Positions 40,365 to 51,282 are shown, counted from the stretch's first letter. The stretch is 64,000 nucleotides of DNA from an uncultured delta proteobacterium (GCA_963804165.1 CAWDPO010000025.1:64001-128000); one strand, 5' to 3'. Program-made: numbers and translations. The notes: a model not told the origin generated them from the sequence alone.

Positions 40365-41027
40365 TCAATCGGATTCGAGCGGAATGACGATCCTGATATC
40401 CGTGCCCTTTTCAGGGGCCGTGTCGACGGTTAGCTCGCCGCCGATTTTTTTGATTCTCTCCCGCATGCCTTTGAGCCCATAGTGACTCGTTCCTTCAGCG
40501 GATGCGGTATCAAATCCCACGCCGTTGTCGCTCAATCGGGCTTCGCAGCCCCTAACGTCGGTCTTGAGGGAAAGGTGCAATTCACTGGCCCGCGAATGGC
40601 GGACTGCGTTTAAGATCGCCTCGCGCAAGGTAAAGTAGAGCTCCCTTTCGATGGCGACCGGCAGATTATGGGTACCGATGGCACAGCGGAAATCGAGCTT
40701 GAAGCCGGTGCGGGCACAAAAAATTTCCAGCTCTTGCTTGAGCCGCCGTTCGAGGGTGCCGGCTTGAAGCTCTTCCTCGTTCTCGTTTTCGGTGAGTAAA
40801 TTGCGGATCTCGGTGATCGCCTTTTCAATGTTGTCTTCAATCGTTCGAAGTTCGTTTTCAACCGTGCTGCGATCGTCGAGGAGTTGGCGCCGGCAAGTCT
40901 CGGCGCGAAGCCTTACGCTCGATAACAATTGTAACACGCGATCATGCAGTTCGCGGGAGATTCTGTGCCGTTCTTCCGTGACGGCGTTAGCAATCTCGGT
41001 GCTTATTTTGCCTGGTGTTTTTTTCAC
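40365..41027 (-). CDS. Sensor-less NarX-type histidine kinase (HisKA_3 plus HATPase)
   Basis: EERHRISRELHD, REAILNAVRHS, DNGVGF and GLKGMRER motifs. Confidence 0.9.
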   Translation of the reverse strand: MKKTPGKISTEIANAVTEERHRISRELHDRVLQLLSSVRLRAETCRRQLLDDRSTVENELRTIEDNIEKAITEIRNLLTENENEEELQAGTLERRLKQELEIFCARTGFKLDFRCAIGTHNLPVAIERELYFTLREAILNAVRHSRASELHLSLKTDVRGCEARLSDNGVGFDTASAEGTSHYGLKGMRERIKKIGGELTVDTAPEKGTDIRIVIPLESD

Positions 41028-41472
41028 TGTCCTTTAGGGACGCCCTTGCGTGATCGGTCCAATCAGTTGCGCTGTCACTGGGATCCGGCGCTTTTGATTT
41101 CCGCCCAATTTTTCACTCTGATGCACAAGATGCCGAGCCAAAAAGCCGAGAGTTCTCGGTGAGGCGGCTTTGTCGGTAGGGACCGCGATCGCTTACTTTC
41201 GTGCTGTCCACAAGCGCCGGCCCGGTATGGGCGTAGGAATAATGATGCAGCTTCGGCAACTCGGTCAGCTTCGCGGCGGCAAGTGCCTTGTCTTCGGGTA
41301 CCGAATTGCCATTGTCCGCACTGCAGTGACCCAGCAACGGGCAGCGAGTTTCGGTCATGCGCTCTCGTGGCGACAGGTTGTTGTCGACTCGACGAGGTCA
41401 TTCAATTCTCCACCATCTTAAGCGCCGTGTAACGCAGCAACGCAAGCCTGTCAAGCTCAGGAGCGACGACGG

Positions 41473-42174
41473 TCAATCATCGAGCAGTGACAGAAGCGAT
41501 TTCAAACTTTCGATGCGGTCCGGTGTTGCCGCAGTCGATGACTTGCGCCGGTCGACGAGAATGCCTTTGAGTCCGGCTTCGTTGGCTCCCTGCAGATCAT
41601 CGGTCTCGCTGTCGCCGACGTGAAGCGCATGAGCGGAAGCGAGACCGTGACACGCGAGCGCGGCGTCAAAAATACGCCGATCGGGTTTGGCATAGCCGAC
41701 CTGACTGGACACGAAAACGTGCTCGAAATGCGAACCCGCGCCCAAACCGTCGAGGATTCGTATCAGCCGGGAATCGAAGTTAGAGATCACGTCAAGAATC
41801 AATCCGCGTTCCTTGAGCGACACCAGCGTTTCCAAAACATCAGGGTAGAGTGACCAAGCTTTGGGCTCGGCGAAGTAGCCAAAGAGTTCGGCGAAGTAGG
41901 AATCGAACCCGGCAAAGGGGTGCCATGGCTCGAATACCCTAGCGACGAGATTTTTCCACCAAGCGCGTTCCAACTCGCCGAGGGTGTCTTCGGTCGCGCC
42001 CGGAAACGCCAGGCGCGGCGCCTGATCAAAGCACTCACGAAAACGCCCCATGATTTCGTCAGGCGCGACATTCTTCCCGTGTTTGGCGGCGAACGCGGCG
42101 TAGCTTTCACCGACGTTGTGGACAGGCTTGATCAATGTTCCCGCGGCGTCAAAGAAGACGGCTTTAATCGGCAT
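41473..42174 (-). CDS. HAD-IA family hydrolase
   Basis: FFDAAGTL, ISNFDSRL, KPDRRIF and HVGDS..DLQGA motifs. Confidence 0.92.
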   Translation of the reverse strand: MPIKAVFFDAAGTLIKPVHNVGESYAAFAAKHGKNVAPDEIMGRFRECFDQAPRLAFPGATEDTLGELERAWWKNLVARVFEPWHPFAGFDSYFAELFGYFAEPKAWSLYPDVLETLVSLKERGLILDVISNFDSRLIRILDGLGAGSHFEHVFVSSQVGYAKPDRRIFDAALACHGLASAHALHVGDSETDDLQGANEAGLKGILVDRRKSSTAATPDRIESLKSLLSLLDD

Positions 42175-42240
42175 GGCGAAGTTCGTATTGGGAAATGCGC
42201 CCAATTGCAATGAAGGTAGCATGCTTTATAATTGAAATCG

Positions 42241-42831
42241 ATGCAGCAGAAACATGCGCTGATCGTGGTCGATGTGCAGAACGATTTTTGCCCGGGCGGC
42301 GCTTTGGCCGTCCGAGACGGCGACGCCGTGGTGCCGATCTTGAACCGATATATCGAGCGATTTTCACAAGCTCGCCTGCCGGTTGTCGCCACGCGCGACT
42401 GGCACCCCGAGAAGACCGGTCACTTCAAGCGCTTTGGCGGGCTCTGGCCGGAGCATTGTGTCCAGCACACCCGGGGCGCCGAGTTTCACCCTAGCCTAAA
42501 GCTCGGCGCGGACGCGATCATAGTCTCCACGGGGACGGCGCCGGACGAAGACGGTTATTCCGCGTTCCAAGGTAAAGACTCTTCTGGAGCCACGCTCGCG
42601 GAGTTGCTACGTCGACGGGGCGTTGAGACGATCTTCGTCGGCGGCCTGGCCACCGATTATTGTGTCAAGCATACCGTTCTCGACGGCTTGAAACACGGCC
42701 TCAATGTCGTGGTTGTCGTCGACGCGATCCGGGGCGTTGACTTGAACCCGAACGATTCCCAGCAAGCGCTGGCAGAAATGAACCAAGCCGGCGCCACCAC
42801 GATCAGCGGCATCGAAGCATTGCGCCTGTAA
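42241..42831 (+). CDS. pncA: Nicotinamidase/pyrazinamidase
   Basis: VDVQNDFCPGGALAV, DWHP, WPEHCVQ and GLATDYCV motifs. Confidence 0.93.
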   Translation: MQQKHALIVVDVQNDFCPGGALAVRDGDAVVPILNRYIERFSQARLPVVATRDWHPEKTGHFKRFGGLWPEHCVQHTRGAEFHPSLKLGADAIIVSTGTAPDEDGYSAFQGKDSSGATLAELLRRRGVETIFVGGLATDYCVKHTVLDGLKHGLNVVVVVDAIRGVDLNPNDSQQALAEMNQAGATTISGIEALRL

Positions 42832-42917
42832 CCGTCAACGCGAATGACTTGGCGTTGGCTGGGTTTGCCTCGAATTCCGTTCTGGTGTCTAATTGATCCG
42901 TTTATGCGAGGTGTGAA

Positions 42918-43721
42918 TTGACCAATGCGTTCCAATACAACAAAGAACTGACGGCGGCGGAGAGCGCGGCCCGTGACGCGGGCGCGGCGGTAATGGCCCT
43001 GTTTAAGGGTAAATACGATGTCCGTGAGAAAAGCAGAAATAATCCGGTCACTACGGCCGACATCGAGGCCAATCGGATTATCCGCGAAACGATTGCCGAG
43101 GCATTTCCCGGCGACGGCTGGCTGTCGGAAGAGGATCAGGACAATACCGATCGATTGGCCCTGTCGCGCATTTGGGTCGTCGATCCCATCGATGGGACCA
43201 AAGAGTTTATCGAAGGGGTGCCACAATTTGCGATCTCCATCGCGTTCGTGGTCGATGGTCGTCCTAAAATAGCGGTTGTTTATAACCCGGCGAAGGAGCG
43301 ATTTTATAAAGCCGCGTTTGGCCAAGGCGCATCTTTGAACAACGAAACGATTCGGGTCAGTTCGAGAAGCGAGATCAATGGCGCCGCCCTTCTAGTCAGC
43401 CGTTCCGAGCCGCAGAAAAAATTTCAGGTCTTTGTCGACCACTGTGACATTAGACCCGTCGGCAGCATTGCGTATCGCCTCGCCAAAGTGGCTGGCGGCG
43501 ATGGCGACTGCACCATCACGTTCCGCAACATTCACGAGTGGGATATTTGTGCCGGCGTGCTCATGGTTGAGGAAGCGGGCGGCAAGGTGGTTGACGGTGA
43601 GGGCAACGCGATGAACTTTAATCGCGAGCTGCCGAAGCATCGTGGTGTCGTCGCCGCCAACGCCCGTTTGAGCGAGGGTTTGCAGAGTCTGTGGGCCGAT
43701 GCCATGGCAGTTAAGAAATAG
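42918..43721 (+). CDS. Inositol monophosphatase/CysQ-family 3'(2'),5'-bisphosphate nucleotidase
   Basis: PVTTAD, WLSEE, WVVDPIDGTKEF and EWDICAG motifs. Confidence 0.9.
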   Translation: MTNAFQYNKELTAAESAARDAGAAVMALFKGKYDVREKSRNNPVTTADIEANRIIRETIAEAFPGDGWLSEEDQDNTDRLALSRIWVVDPIDGTKEFIEGVPQFAISIAFVVDGRPKIAVVYNPAKERFYKAAFGQGASLNNETIRVSSRSEINGAALLVSRSEPQKKFQVFVDHCDIRPVGSIAYRLAKVAGGDGDCTITFRNIHEWDICAGVLMVEEAGGKVVDGEGNAMNFNRELPKHRGVVAANARLSEGLQSLWADAMAVKK

Positions 43722-43753
43722 GTCGGCGCAAATCCCGGCTGAGAGCGACGACG

Positions 43754-44077
43754 ATGCGTAAATGTGTTTACTGCAGTGAAAGCGCGAGGCTGTTCGGGAG
43801 AGTCTGCAGTGATTGTAAAAAACTGCTCGCCCGCGTAGCAGAGCTGCGTGGCAAAGTAAGCTATGGCCAGTTTCTTGACGGGCTAGAGCAGACCGGCGTC
43901 GATAAAGACAAAATATTGGTTTTTCTCAAAGCTGATCCTGACGGCAAGGGCAGCGTCCAGGACCAAGTGACTGCGGAAATGGCCACCGAGCTCATGAAAG
44001 TCATGGGGATCTCCGGCCGCCAGTCCGCCGACGAAGTCAAGCGAATTCGCGATGTCCTTGGCAAAGACTCAGAGTAG
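43754..44077 (+). CDS. Hypothetical protein with an N-terminal CxxC-x10-CxxC motif
   Basis: CVYC..CSDC; lies in an operon context. Confidence 0.8.
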   Translation: MRKCVYCSESARLFGRVCSDCKKLLARVAELRGKVSYGQFLDGLEQTGVDKDKILVFLKADPDGKGSVQDQVTAEMATELMKVMGISGRQSADEVKRIRDVLGKDSE

Positions 44078-44096
44078 ATGACGGCCGCATCCGACA

Positions 44097-44576
44097 ATGA
44101 CCGTCACGATTTATCTTTCACTGATATTCCTGGTGCTCTACCTGGTCGGTTGGGTAATCCATCGTTGGATCTTTTTGCGCGACCGTCGACGCATGGAAAC
44201 CGAAAGCCGCGGTGAAGCGCGAGTGATCGCGAAAGTCGACGACGTCACGCCGGGCTCGGTGAAGAAATTTTGGTTGATCTGCCAGAAGTACCGTTTGGAC
44301 GCCTTTCTCATCAACGACAGCGGCAGGTTCCACGCGTACGTCAATCGCTGCCGGCACATGCCGACGCCGCTCGACTTTGTGCGCGATGAATTTCTCAGTG
44401 ACGACGGCCGATTTTTGCGCTGTTACACGCACGGCGCGCTGTACGAATTTGCCACGGGGCTGTGCGTGGACGGCCCGTGCAAAGGGGAGTCGCTCTATCG
44501 CTTGCCGGTGCACGTGGACCGTGGCGAAGTCCTCGTCGGCTGTCCGGAAGGCGACCTGAAACAGCTTGCAGATTGA
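44097..44576 (+). CDS. Rieske [2Fe-2S] protein with an N-terminal TM anchor
   Basis: AYVNRCRH..CYTHGALY..GLCVDGPCKG. Confidence 0.9.
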   Translation: MTVTIYLSLIFLVLYLVGWVIHRWIFLRDRRRMETESRGEARVIAKVDDVTPGSVKKFWLICQKYRLDAFLINDSGRFHAYVNRCRHMPTPLDFVRDEFLSDDGRFLRCYTHGALYEFATGLCVDGPCKGESLYRLPVHVDRGEVLVGCPEGDLKQLAD

Positions 44577-44587
44577 AGGACATCACA

Positions 44588-44962
44588 ATGAGCACGGGAC
44601 AAAAGAAACCCATAGGTAAATGGGTCGGCGCGGTGGGCGAACTGGAGCACGGCAACAGCAAGAAATTCTCCCTGCGCCGCGGTCAACGCGATATCGAAGG
44701 TCTCCTGGTGAACTTCCAAGGTAGCTACTTCGCGTATATCAATCGTTGCCCCCACACCGGGATCACGCTCGATTGGGTGAATAACCAGTTCTTCAGCTCG
44801 GACCAACGTTATCTTATGTGCGCCACTCACGGCGCGGTGTTCGAGCCGCCGACGGGCGAATGCGTTTGGGGGCCGTGCTTCGGTCTATCGCTGCAAAGCG
44901 TGCCGATCGAGATCGACGGCGGGCAAATTTACGCGCGTCTTCCCGGCGCGAACGACGACTGA
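44588..44962 (+). CDS. Rieske [2Fe-2S] protein, soluble
   Basis: AYINRCPH..CATHGAVF..GECVWGPCFG; AAGGA RBS. Confidence 0.9.
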   Translation: MSTGQKKPIGKWVGAVGELEHGNSKKFSLRRGQRDIEGLLVNFQGSYFAYINRCPHTGITLDWVNNQFFSSDQRYLMCATHGAVFEPPTGECVWGPCFGLSLQSVPIEIDGGQIYARLPGANDD

Positions 44963-45003
44963 TCGTCCCGCAGGAGCGACCGAGCCTACGTCAGGAGGAT
45001 GCC

Positions 45004-45348
45004 ATGACCGATTGCCTGTTTTGCGGTATCGTCGGAGGAAAAATCAAGGCCAACATCGTTTATCAAAACGATTACGTCGTGGTCTTCAGAGACATCAATC
45101 CTAAAGCGTCGGTTCATCTTCTCATCATCCCGCGCAAGCATATTGCGGGTGTCCTCGATATCGAGCCGGAAGATAGCGCCGTCATCGGCGAGATTTTCCT
45201 GGTAGCGGGTCAGCTCGCTCGCGACCACGGAATCGCCGAGAGCGGCTTCCGTGTCGTGGTCAATTCGGGGCCGGACGCGGGTCAAAGCGTATTTCACTTG
45301 CATTATCACCTCATGGGCGGACGTCAGATGACCTGGCCGCCAGGTTAA
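45004..45348 (+). CDS. hinT: Histidine triad (HIT/HinT) nucleotide-binding protein
   Basis: DCLFC, FRDINP and GQSVFHLHYHLMGGR..WPPG. Confidence 0.93.
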   Translation: MTDCLFCGIVGGKIKANIVYQNDYVVVFRDINPKASVHLLIIPRKHIAGVLDIEPEDSAVIGEIFLVAGQLARDHGIAESGFRVVVNSGPDAGQSVFHLHYHLMGGRQMTWPPG

Positions 45349-45400
45349 TCTGGTTGAACTGCTATTCGTCTTTTTTTCTAAACGATCAGCGGAGGACACG

Positions 45401-46660
45401 ATGGCGGGCGAAGAGTGGCACAGCGCGACGAGTGACATGGCGATACAGCAGTTCGATATCGCCGCCGACAAGTTAGTGATCGATCCCAATATAGCGGCCC
45501 GTTTGCGTCGACCGGAGAGGGCCATGATCGTCAGCGTGCCGACGCGCATGGATGACGGCCATGTGCACGTTTTTAGCGGCTATCGAGTTCAGCACAACGA
45601 TGTTCTCGGCCCGTTCAAGGGCGGCATTCGCTACCACCCCGCAGTCAATCTCGGTGAAGTGTCGGCTTTGGCGATGTGGATGACCTGGAAATGTTCTTTG
45701 GTGGGCTTGCCTCTGGGGGGAGCCAAAGGCGGCATCACTTGTGATCCGGCGCAACTATCGCGCGCCGAGCTACAGTCCATGACTCGGCGCTTCACCGCGG
45801 AGATGTTGAACTTTATCGGGCCGGAGGTCGACGTGCCAGCGCCGGATATGGGCACCAACGAACAGGTGATGGCCTGGATCATGGACACGTATTCGCAACA
45901 TAAGGGACATGCTGTTCCAGAAATCGTTACAGGTAAGCCGGTGGCCATTGGCGGAACGATGGGGCGCCGAGAAGCGACGGGCCGCGGCGTGGTCTACACG
46001 ATTATTGAAGCCGCCAAACAACTCGGCCTCGATCTTTCCCAGTGCACCGCGGTGGTGCAAGGCTTCGGCAACGTCGGATCGGTTGCCGTTGAAGAACTTG
46101 CCAAAATCGGCGTCAAGGTCATCGGCGTATCGGACCGCACCGGCGGCTTTGTCGACCTCAAGGGATTGCCCGTCGACAAGCTCATCGAAGTTGCGGATAA
46201 GAACCATAGCCTCCAAGGGTGTCCTTACGGTGACAAGATTACCAACGAAGAATTGCTTGAGCTCAAGTGTGACGTGCTCGTTCCGGCGGCATTGGAGATG
46301 CAAATTACCAAGACCAATGCCGCGCGTTTGCAGTGCCGTATACTTGCCGAAGGAGCCAATGGCCCGACCACGCCGGAGGCTGACGTTATTCTTAAAGACA
46401 ACGGTGTGTTCGTAATTCCCGATATCTTGGCGAACGCCGGCGGCGTGATCGTGTCCTACTTCGAATGGGTGCAAGATCTGCAAAATTTCTTTTGGACCGA
46501 GGAAGAAGTTACTAAGAAATTGAGAGATATTCTGATCAAAGCGTTTTACGAAGTGCTTCAAATGAGCCGCAAACACGACGTCGATATGCGCCTGGCGGCG
46601 CTGATGATCGGCATCGAACGGGTGACACGGGCGATGCTGTGGCGTGGGCTCTACGCTTAG
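45401..46660 (+). CDS. gdhA: Glu/Leu/Phe/Val dehydrogenase (glutamate dehydrogenase)
   Basis: GPFKGGIRY, GGAKGG, DVPAPD, GFGNVG and DILANAGGVIVSYFEW motifs. Confidence 0.93.
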   Translation: MAGEEWHSATSDMAIQQFDIAADKLVIDPNIAARLRRPERAMIVSVPTRMDDGHVHVFSGYRVQHNDVLGPFKGGIRYHPAVNLGEVSALAMWMTWKCSLVGLPLGGAKGGITCDPAQLSRAELQSMTRRFTAEMLNFIGPEVDVPAPDMGTNEQVMAWIMDTYSQHKGHAVPEIVTGKPVAIGGTMGRREATGRGVVYTIIEAAKQLGLDLSQCTAVVQGFGNVGSVAVEELAKIGVKVIGVSDRTGGFVDLKGLPVDKLIEVADKNHSLQGCPYGDKITNEELLELKCDVLVPAALEMQITKTNAARLQCRILAEGANGPTTPEADVILKDNGVFVIPDILANAGGVIVSYFEWVQDLQNFFWTEEEVTKKLRDILIKAFYEVLQMSRKHDVDMRLAALMIGIERVTRAMLWRGLYA

Positions 46661-46760
46661 TGTAGTTGGTCGCTTTCATCGGATGGGCAGCGACCTGCAT
46701 TGAAGCCGCGCCGAGAACCTGTTAACCAAAGGGAAAAGCGGAAAAAGAGGACGTTAGGAA

Positions 46761-47321
46761 ATGGTTCAAGCGACGCAATTAAGACCGGGAATGATCATCA
46801 TCCATGAAGGCGATCTCTTTCGGGTGACCGCGGTTCATCATTTGACGCCCGGCAACAAGCGCGGCTTCATGCAGACCAAGATGAAAAACCTGAGGACCGG
46901 AATCGGCACGGAATATAAATTCCGCTCCGAAGATCGCGTTGATCAGGCGATTCTGGAAAACCGTCATATGCAGTACCTCTATGCCGAAGGGGATCTGCAC
47001 ACATTTATGGATACAGAGAACTACGAGCAAATTGCATTGCCCGCCCAAGACATCGGGGATCTGTTGTCGTATTTGCTGCCGAACTCCGTCGTCGGCATCG
47101 AGTTTCATGACGGAAAACCGGTGGGTATCAATCCGCCATCGACCGTCGATTTGGAAGTTGTCGACACCGAGCCTTCCATGAAAGGCGCTACGGCCAGCGC
47201 GTCTTATAAACCGGCAAAGTTGGAGACCGGAGTGACGGTGCAAGTGCCGCCGTTTATTCAGGTGGGTGATAAAGTGCGTATCGACCCGACTGACGGCTCG
47301 TATCAGGAGCGGGTCAAGTAA
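46761..47321 (+). CDS. efp: Translation elongation factor P
   Basis: LRPGM, KMKNLRTG, FMDTENYEQ, KPAKLETG and VPPFI; beta3-beta4 loop PGNKRG. Confidence 0.96.
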   Translation: MVQATQLRPGMIIIHEGDLFRVTAVHHLTPGNKRGFMQTKMKNLRTGIGTEYKFRSEDRVDQAILENRHMQYLYAEGDLHTFMDTENYEQIALPAQDIGDLLSYLLPNSVVGIEFHDGKPVGINPPSTVDLEVVDTEPSMKGATASASYKPAKLETGVTVQVPPFIQVGDKVRIDPTDGSYQERVK

Positions 47322-47910
47322 CTTTGATTCTTTCTAATACCGCCTGGACTTGGTTCTCGAGGTCTTCCAGACTACCGTTATTTTCGATCACGTAATCCGC
47401 GAGTCGCCGCTTTTCTTCCAAGCTCATTTGCGCATCAATATGTTTCTGAGCTTCTATTGCCCCCAGGCCGTCTCGTTGTTGGAGACGCCGTCGCTGGGTA
47501 TCGACGTCGCATGCGACCAAGACAACCGGCCGAAGCCATTCTTGCAAATTGCCCTCGAAGAGAAGCGGTACTTCATAGACGACTACGGCGCGTCCGGCGC
47601 CGGCGTACTCGCGGATTCGTTGCTCCGCGAGCGCGCGGACCCGCGGATGAATGATCGATTCGATTCGTTTCCTCGCTGCGGCGTCATTGAAGATAAGGGC
47701 GCGAAGTTTTTGGCGATCGAGGGTGCGGTCCAACTGCAACACTTCGGCGCCGAACGTGTCGACGATCTCTCTCCAGGCGTCGCACCCGGGCTCGACGACT
47801 TCACGCGCCAATTCATCCGCGTTGATGATGGCGGCTCCGTGACCCTTGAGAATTTTCGCCACCGTGCTTTTGCCTGAGGCGATGCCGCCGGTTAAGCCGA
47901 TTAATTTCAC
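47314..47910 (-). CDS. coaE: Dephospho-CoA kinase
   Basis: GLTGGIASGKST, LDRQKL, IIHPRV, VPLLFE and ADYVIENNG motifs. Confidence 0.96.
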   Translation of the reverse strand: MKLIGLTGGIASGKSTVAKILKGHGAAIINADELAREVVEPGCDAWREIVDTFGAEVLQLDRTLDRQKLRALIFNDAAARKRIESIIHPRVRALAEQRIREYAGAGRAVVVYEVPLLFEGNLQEWLRPVVLVACDVDTQRRRLQQRDGLGAIEAQKHIDAQMSLEEKRRLADYVIENNGSLEDLENQVQAVLERIKVT

Positions 47911-47997
47911 GCAACACTAATGGCAAAATGGCCGCTGGCTTTCAAGCGAGCCGCAAACGAGGGATAATGTCGTTACGGGATTGGGGGGCGGAATTCG

Positions 47998-48261
47998 ATG
48001 GCCGAGGTCGTTATTTACACGACGAGCTATTGTCCGTATTGCACGGGAGCAAAGTCCCTGATGCGGGCGAAGAATGTCTCCTTTGAAGAGATCGACGTCA
48101 CCCGCGATTCGGCGAAAAGAGCGGAGATGGAACGGCGGTCGCAAAGGTGGACGGTGCCGCAGATTTTTATCGATGGCACACCGATCGGCGGTTATGATGA
48201 TGCGCGGCAGTTGGACGCGACCGGCGAGCTTGATCGTTTGCTGGGACGTAGATTGGGCTGA
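47998..48261 (+). CDS. grxC: Glutaredoxin 3
   Basis: CPYC, TVPQIFI and GGYDD motifs. Confidence 0.93.
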   Translation: MAEVVIYTTSYCPYCTGAKSLMRAKNVSFEEIDVTRDSAKRAEMERRSQRWTVPQIFIDGTPIGGYDDARQLDATGELDRLLGRRLG

Positions 48262-48311
48262 GATTGGGTTGTGCAGATCACGGGCGAAACGAGTCGGATG
48301 AGGGTTGAAAC

Positions 48312-48387
48312 TGGAGGCGGCGAGCGGATTCGAACCGCTGCATCGAGGTTTTGCAGACCTCTCCCTTAACCACTTGGGTACGCCGCC
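48312..48387 (-). tRNA. tRNA-Cys (GCA)
   Basis: The reverse complement GGCGGCGTACCCAAGTGGTTAAGGGAGAGGTCTGCAAAACCTCGATGCAGCGGTTCGAATCCGCTCGCCGCCTCCA folds as a cloverleaf with anticodon GCA and encoded CCA. Confidence 0.97.
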
Positions 48388-48446
48388 CTGGAAAAGATAG
48401 GTAGCATGAACCTTCCGCGATTTTCAACAACGGCGTAATTTATTGA

Positions 48447-49835
<1,389 letters not shown>

Positions 49836-49878
49836 CGAGCCGGGAGAACCTGAGATCCGTAGCGAAACGAAGACAGAG

Positions 49879-50391
49879 TTGCATTCTATCGAAGAGCCAC
49901 AGGAGGAGAAGATCGCCTGTGGCTCTTTCTCGTCCGGCGACAGTGTGCGATTTCGACCGATGACCACCGCCGACCTAGATGAGGTAATGGGGATCGAACG
50001 GACGTCGTTTCGATTTCCATGGAGTACCGGATTTTTCCTTCAGGAATTGCAGGTCGCCTGTGCGCGTTCAATTCTTGCCGAGATCGACGGACGAATAGTC
50101 GGTTATATTCTCTTCTGGCTATTGCCCGGGGCGGTCGATATCCACAACATCGCGGTACACGTCGACTTTCGTCGTCGCGGCATTGCGCGCGCGCTTCTGG
50201 GCAAGATTGTGACCGAGGCGAGCCGCCAATCAAACCTTCGAGTGATACTTGAGGTTCGAAGATCGAATTTACCGGCTCAAAAGCTTTACGAGTCGATGGG
50301 TTTCTCTACCACAAGTATTCGAAAAGGTTATTATTCAGACGATGGGGAAGACGCGTTGGCGATGTCCTTGGAGTTGGCTTCCAACCCCTGA
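49879..50391 (+). CDS. rimI: Ribosomal protein S18-alanine N-acetyltransferase (start uncertain)
   Basis: IERTSFRFPW, IHNIAV, RRRGIA, LEVRRSN and RKGYYSDDGEDA motifs. Confidence 0.92.
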   Translation: MHSIEEPQEEKIACGSFSSGDSVRFRPMTTADLDEVMGIERTSFRFPWSTGFFLQELQVACARSILAEIDGRIVGYILFWLLPGAVDIHNIAVHVDFRRRGIARALLGKIVTEASRQSNLRVILEVRRSNLPAQKLYESMGFSTTSIRKGYYSDDGEDALAMSLELASNP

Positions 50392-50494
50392 TTCGCATGC
50401 TCCATTTTGGTCCGTCCCGCGGTTCTCATCGAATGTTAATATTTAATATCTAAACTGTTGAAACGTTTATTCTTTTCGTACTCCTCTCCTGCAC

Positions 50495-50523
50495 TTGACG
50501 GCTTCTCTGCGTGTGTGTATAAC
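50495..50523 (+). promoter_or_regulatory. Sigma70 promoter upstream of carD
   Basis: TTGACG-17bp-TATAAC in an AT-rich context. Confidence 0.7.
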
Positions 50524-50546
50524 TTAAATGTTAACTCCACGTGAAA

Positions 50547-50579
50547 TGGCGGTCAGCTCCATCGACCGCTAATTTTTTT
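50547..50579 (+). terminator. Promoter-proximal terminator-like hairpin in the carD leader
   Basis: TGGCGGTC-N9-GACCGCTA followed by A and a T7 run. Confidence 0.55.
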
Positions 50580-50772
50580 CGGTCCCGAACCGGGACGAAA
50601 GAGAGCGGCATGCTAGAGACGTTTTACGCACATCCAAAAAATAGTCTGCCGTTCAGCAAACCCTTCCTCAATCTGTATTTCTCTCGTAATAGCCAGCTTC
50701 ACGATTTAGCCAGTCATTGCCGAGGCAAATTCATTCAAAACCGATAAAGTTTCGATTCAGGAGGAGATCCCT

Positions 50773-51255
50773 ATGTTTAAAGTTGGCGAGAAAGTTGTTT
50801 ACCCTGCCCATGGGGTAGGAGAGATTGAAGCGATACGTTCCCATGTGATATCGGGCACCGAGAAAAGGTTCTACATGCTCCGAATCCTCGAAACCGATAT
50901 GAAGATAATGATTCCGATAGATCACGTGGAGTCGGTTGGGTTGCGCAAAATCATCGATCGCGCCATGGTGACCAAAGTGTATAAGGTGCTGCGCCAGAAA
51001 AAAATCGAAACAGATCAGCAAACCTGGAACCGGCGATATCGGGAATATACGGAAAAAATCAAAACCGGATCCATACTTGAGATTGCAAAAGTATTGCGCG
51101 ATCTGTTTGTCCTGAAAGGCGACAAGGAGCTTTCCTTCGGTGAAAGAAAGATGCTGGATACGGCGCGAAATCTGCTAGTCAAAGAATTGTCGATCGCGCG
51201 CTCCCATTCCGAGGAGAAGATCATGGAGGAATTGCGCCATATCTTTACCCATTAA
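50773..51255 (+). CDS. carD: CarD/CdnL family RNA polymerase-binding transcription factor
   Basis: FKVGEKVVYPAHGVG, VGLRKI, TWNRRYREY and LSFGERKMLD motifs. Confidence 0.96.
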   Translation: MFKVGEKVVYPAHGVGEIEAIRSHVISGTEKRFYMLRILETDMKIMIPIDHVESVGLRKIIDRAMVTKVYKVLRQKKIETDQQTWNRRYREYTEKIKTGSILEIAKVLRDLFVLKGDKELSFGERKMLDTARNLLVKELSIARSHSEEKIMEELRHIFTH

Positions 51256-51282
51256 CGCTGCCTTGATTGACCGCCATTTTTC

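Noticed and set aside
41113-41358. 81-aa minus-strand ORF upstream of the orphan kinase
   Set aside because: No recognisable motif, weak RBS and several competing frames; not enough support to call
46661-46699. Hairpin between gdhA and efp (GGTCGCT..AGCGACC)
   Set aside because: No U-tract or recognisable RNA motif; probably an ordinary 3' stabilising stem
48312-48387. tRNA-Cys as a possible island integration site
   Set aside because: No integrase and no duplicated tRNA 3' end seen; both flanks are housekeeping genes
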